Part shown: positions 57,401-64,000 of the stretch, piece by piece
Position numbering within the stretch: position 1 is the first letter of the stretch
Layout: each line of letters starts with the position of its first letter
Source of the DNA: the human T2T-CHM13v2.0 reference genome, Homo sapiens
NCBI RefSeq assembly: GCF_009914755.1
Contig: NC_060925.1
Strand: one strand, 5' to 3'
Length of the DNA stretch: 64,000 bases
Notes under the pieces: generated by a model
Seen by the model: the letters and a program-made list of their open reading frames with translations, nothing else
Databases searched by the model: none
Told to the model about the DNA's origin: nothing
Program-made: the position numbers and the translations under genes

Positions 57401-59540
57401 ATATTCCATTTGTAAGTCTGTTACTCTGTCAGATAACATATAAACTTGTTAATAGTTGTTAAATATAAAGGAAATAGACAGTTTAAATCAGAACACCAAG
57501 CAAATATAGTCTTTTTCTTGAAGCCAAATTGGTTCACACACCCATGCCCTTCATTAATTCTGTTGATCAGCATGATTCAAATTCAGTTTTTGAAATTTAG
57601 AATTGCAACTTAATTGATACTTGCAACTATTCTCATTTCTTATTACACATGTTCAGCCTTAGCATGGATTTGAAGTTAACATTAATAAATTTAAAATGCC
57701 TGCATTTACTGTTCTCATTTTTTCCTCTCTCTTATCTTCCTAGTGATTATATTTATCATGAAGGATCAGGCACAAGAATCAAGCTCTTACAAATATACTT
57801 TGATCTCACAGAATCAAAATACATAAAATCACAAAATACATAAAATTTGTTTTTAAAAATTAATATGAAAACAAGTGAGTTTAAGAAAATACAGAGGAAA
57901 TCGAATTAGCTCAATAGTTAAATTATATACTTTTTTCTGAAAAATTTACTAAAATATTTCTAAAAAGCAACCTACCACATTCTTCTGTAGTGTTTTTAAT
58001 ACCTTCCCTGTTCACCAGCATACACATCTGTATAACAATTCTCATTCAAATACAGTGCATCTATTTGCAAATAATATAATGGTTTAGAGATGTATTAAGA
58101 GTACTAAAGCAATTCAACACGAACTATACTTTAGACATGCTTTCAACATATTTGAAAACAAGTTTGTTAGAATGAAGACATAAGTAATCAGAATAATATG
58201 TTAAATAATAACCATGATTGACAGAAGTATTAGTTTTTGAGAACTTTGCTTTAATGACTTTTGAGAAATGTTGACCTAAATGTTTCAAATATTATTAATG
58301 GTCCTAAATGATTTCTGCGTCCATCAAGTCATTTGCAACTGTGACTATTTCCACAGCTGAGCTGCTGTTCTGAGCATACCCTAAGCTGAATGGCACACAT
58401 TATTTTCAACTTGACGATGGCTGCATTTTAGTATTTTTGTTGATGATCTTGTCTTGCTGTTTCTCTTACATATAGTTTGCAGGTATCATTTAGAAACTCG
58501 TTCAGAAATGTAAATGTGTCAAGTATATGCGCTATAGTGAGTATTTAAAAAGGTTTCTTCTCTGTCATTGGTGTCAAATACTGTTCATTGAAGTAGGTTA
58601 CCTGGGAAAACGTTGACCATTTTGTACAGACTATTTAGGGCACTTTTGCCTAAAGACAAGAGGATGGGCTAAACCAATTGCTCAGCTTTCTTCTGGTACT
58701 ATGAGCTTCCAAAACAATGACTTTTGTCGGCATCTTTTTTCCTTCCAATTTGCAGATTTTTGGTGGCATTTCTTTTCCTGGGTTATTGAATTATTGGTGA
58801 TATTTGATATAGACTAGGAGTGAGTCTGCTTTGAAACACTTTGAAATGTTTTTAAACTTGCTCTGAATTCTATTAAATGTATTTACATGTGGTTTGCATG
58901 TGAAATGTGTACATCTGTTTGAGAAAAAAACTCTTAGGTGGAAAATGAGCAGGGAATAATAAGAAAGCTTTTCTAAAATCCTTCCTAAGCTTCACATGCC
59001 AAATCCAATTAATTCATTTTTGATGGGTCATGTAGGAAATTTAAGTTACACAAACAATGAAATAGAGTTTGTTTTCACAACAGCAAGTATGATTACATTA
59101 AATGTTTCTACTTGGAATAATATATAAGAATATTAGTGGTTTCATTGATTCGAAACCCAAGTTGATTATATTACTCCTTTTATGAGAGATTTATTCTTAA
59201 ATGGGAAATGAACACACAGATCAGAAAGTCATTGTCTGAAAAGAAAGTGTGACTCAGCATTTCCTTGGATAATATCCTTGACTTTCAGGGCCTCTGTTAC
59301 CTCATATAAAAGGCTTTGCTATCACTATACAACCTCCAACCTCTCTTCTAGCTTGAAATACTGTGATTCCAAATGTACTCCTGGGAAAATTAAAAAATAA
59401 AGTCATGCACTACTTACTACTAAGCATTCAGAATTTTTTTATATGAATGACAGAATTCACCAAAATAGTTTTTCAAGGAAAAGGAGCTAAATAATCAATA
59501 ATGAGAAAAAGGTCAGCATGATGTTAATACAAAATGTTTA

Positions 59541-59880
<340 letters not shown>

Positions 59881-60704
59881 TAATTGCCATAAAAAATCAT
59901 CTAAAGGCTGTGTTGGAAGCTTGTGATTTTTGTGACGATGTTCACTTATTTTTGGCATTTCTCAAATGATCAGTTTACAGTAATTTTCCCCTACTACCCA
60001 GGGGTGGCAAAGTGATACAGCTTCCCTTTTTCTCTAAGGTATTTTTTGGAGCAGGCAATCAGAAAAAAAGGAAATGGATCCTACTGCCTCTCCAGAAAGA
60101 CCATGATCTGTTGTCACTGGTTTGTTCATCCTGTCATCTCTATCCTGAGCCTATCCTGTCACCTCTATCCTCACTACTCAAGGGTCTGGGAGAGGGATGG
60201 CTGCAGTGATGTAGGGAGATGGTCACATGCCTTTCATCTCAAACTTCTTATCCTGCCAGTTTCCCTACCCCTGGACATGATAAAGTCCCTTCATTGAAAT
60301 AACAGCTAGATCTCAAAACCAGCACATTGAGGATGAATGGAGGTTGTATTTTTATAGATTGCTATCTAGCACCATACAAGGAAAAAAGTCTTACACACTT
60401 AAGCCTTCAAAAAGACAGACTCAAAAGGGAAGATCCTGAGTTGCTTCCTAGTTTCCAGATTTCTTTCTCTCTTGATCCCTTATTTACCCAAAGACCCTTG
60501 AAGGCCTCTAGTCTTGTGCACACCCTCCTTTACCCCCAATTAGGAAACCCCTGAGGGTTTTTCTCCTCTTGTCCTCTGAATTTTGACAGCCAACCTAGTA
60601 CTTCAGCCTTTACTTAAATGTTAATGAAAGTTCTCTTTAGCTTGGACACTACTAATTCTCTCTTTTTTTTTTTCTTTTGGTTGATAATGTCCAAAGATGC
60701 CTGC

Positions 60705-60710
60705 TTTATT
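60705..60710 (-). terminator. Polyadenylation signal of the NXN retrocopy
   Basis: AATAAA about 26 nt upstream of the A-tail on the minus strand. Confidence 0.85.
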
Positions 60711-61033
60711 TCCTGTTAGGTGATTGCATTTCAGGCTGATAACATCAAATAACAATCTAATTACCAACTCATTTTGTGCCTCTGAACTACAAACCAATAA
60801 TCCGATGTGGCAGGGTATAACAATGTCAACAGCTTGTGAGGGGCTGGGTTTTCCAAATAAATGATTTGGATGGGCAGAGTGCTGAGTGGAGTTGAGGGTA
60901 ATCTCCAGGATTGTTTAAAGACCTTGACACCTGATTAAGTGAGGCCAAAGCCCTATGAGTCCCTAGGCCAAAGCCCTCCACCCCAAATCCTAAGAGCATA
61001 GTTGTTGCTTCTCTTTTGGTGAACTATTATTTT

Positions 61034-61167
61034 AGCTTTTGGTGAAAGACCTGCCAGGGCGTTCTTCCGCAGAGTGAGCATGAAGGGCCAATGGATCAGG
61101 GCTCTTTCTCTAACTCTGGCATCAGCACGCACATACAGAGACCCTGACAGCCAGAGGAACTGCCTGG
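61034..61167 (+). repeat. 134-bp inverted copy of NXN-retrocopy 3'UTR segment 61880-62013
   Basis: Ungapped reverse-complement alignment, 9 mismatches (about 93%). Confidence 0.96.
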
Positions 61168-63577
61168 CAGATCTTTCACCAAAATAAGAGGTTGATCTGC
61201 CTGGGCCTGGCAAAGGGAATCCAATGCCTACTCGTGGCTGGCACACCCCCTGCCCTCACTCCCACCCTAGGATACAGTTCCTTCTGCAGAAAATGTGAGG
61301 CTTCTGGTAATTCCTTGTCCTTTTAGTTCTGCTTTGAAAAGAAAAGGGAATGACCATAGGGTAACCAAAGTGGGTGCAGGCACCTTGGCAGAGGTCCAGC
61401 GGCCTCAGGCACAGAGCTGGATGGAGTGAGAGGTCTGTGCTGGCTAGGAGGTGCTCCTCTAAAACCTCAGGGCTGAGTTTCTTGGGAATAGATATCCAAA
61501 GGGAAGAATTTGCTAACAAAATTTCAAGATCGTGGGAGCTGTTCATATAAGCAGGCAGAAACTTGGGGAAGGTCAAGATCAAGGAAGAAAGAGAGATAAG
61601 ACAGGAATGAGAAGCTCTCATCACGAGGTGCGAGCTCAGTAACAGTAAGCCATTATTATATGAACTAGTACCTTCACTAAATGGTTTTTCTCACCCTGAA
61701 AATCCCCACAAGCTTCCTTTTACATTTGAGAAACTCTTGTCCAAGAACTCATTGATAAGCTGCTGTTTTTCCCTCTGACTAAAAGAAACTATGTCACTTA
61801 GAAAAGGACTTTCTCACCAACAGCTCTAAGCCGAGGTCTATCAAGACTCTTTCTCTGCTTCGCCTCCATGTAGCTGTCACCAGGCAGTTCCTCTGGCTGT
61901 CAGGGTCTCTGTATGTGCATGCTGATACCAGAGTCAGAGCAAGAGCCCTGATCCATTGGTCCTTCACGCTCACTCTGTGGAAGAACGCCCTGGCAAATCT
62001 TTCACCAAAAGCTGGTGACTTTGCGAAAGTGATGCAGTCCTTGTTCTGGCTAGGCTATGCCATCTCGTGATCCCAAGCAGAGTCTCCAAACATGGTGGAT
62101 TCTGCTGCTACTGAGAGGACACTCACCCCAGGATGCTAGCTGGGTAGTGAATGCAGAAGCAAGGCACCACAGAGAGGTTGGACACTTGGGTTGTGTGATT
62201 CAGGACACACTGGATAAGTCGAAGGGTGGAGGGAAGAAAGGGGAGGAGAAGACTGAATTCTAAACAACATCTCAGAAGGCCGGAGCTCCATTAGATGGGC
62301 TCTGGATTGAGCTTTTCTGCCAGGAAGTTATTCACAAAGGCCTCCACAATGGCAGGGGTGATCTTCTTCCACGTCCATCACATACTCCATCAGTGATGAC
62401 ATGTCCAGGATAGTGAGCAAAGGGGCAGCCTCAGGCAGGTTGGTGTAACCTTGCAGGAAGTCTATCATATCATCCTCCCCAGATACAAAAAATGGAAGTG
62501 ATGCTCCTCCTCTTTGGCTTTGCACTTGGCAATGATTTTCTCAGCTATTGGCTGAATCAGCTGCTTGGCTTCCTGGGACTCTCTGTCATCCTCAGAGTCT
62601 ACAAAAAGGAGGAGGCAGGGGCCAGTTGAGCTGCAAAGTGTTGGAGTCAGAGAGCTTCAGCACGGGCTTGGGTGCCACGGGAACTCCCAGCAGTCCTCGT
62701 CGTTAAGCACCTCCACTCACCCCGCCACATGATCACCTCACCCTGTGGGCCCAGCACAATGAGCATGGGGAATGCCTTGGATTCTATACAGCCAGATGGG
62801 GTGCGACTTCCAGGCCTTTTCAGTATGGGGGTTAGTGAGCCAGAACCTATCACTGAAGTACTGTTTGAAGGACTCTCTGATCTGTCTTCACTGACTAAGA
62901 TAATCTCAAAGTTCTGGCCTGCCTCCTTGATCTTCTAATAAGATTCCACCAGGACCTGGGTGAGGCTTTGGCAGGATGAACACCCATGTGCAGAGAAATA
63001 GGGTCCTATGTAAGGCCTTTCTGGGATGCTGCTCTCCAAGAACTGTGAGTCATTTCATAAACCTGAAAAGGTTAGGTCCCCAAGGGAATTCCATACCTTC
63101 TGGGTCATCTCAGATCACCAGCAGCCCATTCTTGCCCACAACCTTTGCAGTGGTGGCATCTACGAATATTAGCAATGGAATATTGGAAATTTGGTATTTG
63201 TTCCAAAGTTTCTGTGCTTCTCCTTGTAGGGCAGCGCCAGCCAAGTCATGTCCCACATGAAGTCCTACCACTGCCACTGGTCATCCTTGCTGCTGCTCAT
63301 CACCAGCTTCTAACCAAGCTACTCCTCCAAGAAGCCCACCATCTTGGCCTACCACAACCCCAACGCACGAGCAGGTGGGTAGGGAGGCAGCGGCGACCCC
63401 GCTTCCTCTGTCCACCTGGCCTGGACACTGCTAATTCTTAATTGCAACAAGGGTGCTGGTGGGCACTCTGATGCCAGGTTCAACTCCCTGTCATGGAGAG
63501 CTGTAGCTGATTTTGTATCTAATTACCTAAGAAGCAGCATGCACAAATGAGTGAGCATCACTTATTTGTCTTGGTAG

Positions 63578-64000
63578 TATATTAGTCCACTTTCACACTG
63601 CTATAAAGATACTACCTGGGACTGGGTAATTTATAAACAAAAGAGGTTTAGTTGACTCACAGTTCTGCATGGCCGGGGAGGTCTCAGCAAACTTATAATC
63701 ATGGTGGAAGGCAAAGGGGAAGCAGGCACCTTCTTCACAAGGTGGCAGGAGACAGAGTGTGCAAGGAAAACTGTCATTTTTAAAACCATCATGTCTCATG
63801 AGAACCCCCTCACTATCATGAGAACAGCATGGGGGAAACCAACCCCATGATCCAATCATCTCCTACCAGGTCCCTCCCTTGACATGTGGGAATTAAAATT
63901 CCACACGAGATTTGGGTGGGGACACAGAACCAAACCATATCATTCAGCCTCTGGCCCCTCCCAAGACACATGTCGTTTTCACATTTCAAAACACAATCAT
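63578..64000 (-). mobile_element. THE1 (THE1D-like) 3'LTR 63578-63942 plus adjoining internal sequence running off the window
   Basis: TATTAGTCC..CTGGGTAATTTATAAA..GAGATTTGGGTGGGGACACAG..AAACCATATCA then TTC..CTGGCCCCTCCCAA. Confidence 0.92.

Larger units (their letters stand above)
60660..63421 (-). pseudogene. NXNP1: Full-length processed pseudogene of nucleoredoxin (NXN); CDS remnant 63342-62291
   Basis: Minus strand translates to MVGFLEE*LG*KLV, WLALPYKEKHR, LWNKYQISNIP, DDPEGMEFPWGP, YFSAHGCSSC (parent WCPPC), KIKEAGQNFEII, YTNLPEAAPLLTILDMS and FLAEKLNPEPI*. Intronless with stops and frameshifts. AATAAA at 60710-60705, poly(A) about 60662-60678, TSD TGGACACT(A/G)CTAATTCT at 60643-60659 and 63422-63438. 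The symbol is from memory. Confidence 0.93.

Noticed and set aside
62057-63441. Cluster of GC-rich ORFs as a live gene
   Set aside because: All are off-frame, antisense or partial reads of the disabled NXN retrocopy.

Overview
AT-rich, CpG-poor primate (most likely human) intergenic DNA. It is dominated by interspersed repeats: L1PA/L1MA/L1ME, AluJ/S/Y, MaLR and ERV LTRs, L2, MIR, HSMAR2, Tigger and hAT MITEs. I can support no intact protein-coding gene; the listed ORFs are repeat-derived, pseudogene-derived or chance. The one gene-derived feature is a full-length, disabled nucleoredoxin (NXN) processed pseudogene on the minus strand (about 60660-63421) with 5'UTR, 3'UTR, AATAAA, poly(A) and a 17-bp TSD. 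From memory this matches NXNP1 in the 1q41 TGFB2-LYPLAL1 gene desert, which cannot be verified here. I found no new multi-gene system. The most interesting signals are structural. (1) The NXN retrocopy has an in-frame loss of about 75 codons whose ends appear to fall on GT...AG in the parent, possibly recording an exitron-spliced NXN mRNA. (2) There are three independent local template-copy events of near-identical divergence (92-94% identity): a 245-bp inverted repeat at 14.5/16.0 kb, a 111-bp LTR piece copied into its own provirus at 36.8 kb, and a 134-bp inverted multi-switch insertion in the NXN 3'UTR. (3) A tiny polyadenylated retro-insertion of unknown origin sits inside an HSMAR2 element. 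(4) A three-part L1 mosaic opens the window. Repeat subfamily names are recognised from memory of consensus sequences, not from a RepeatMasker run, and old-repeat boundaries are approximate.
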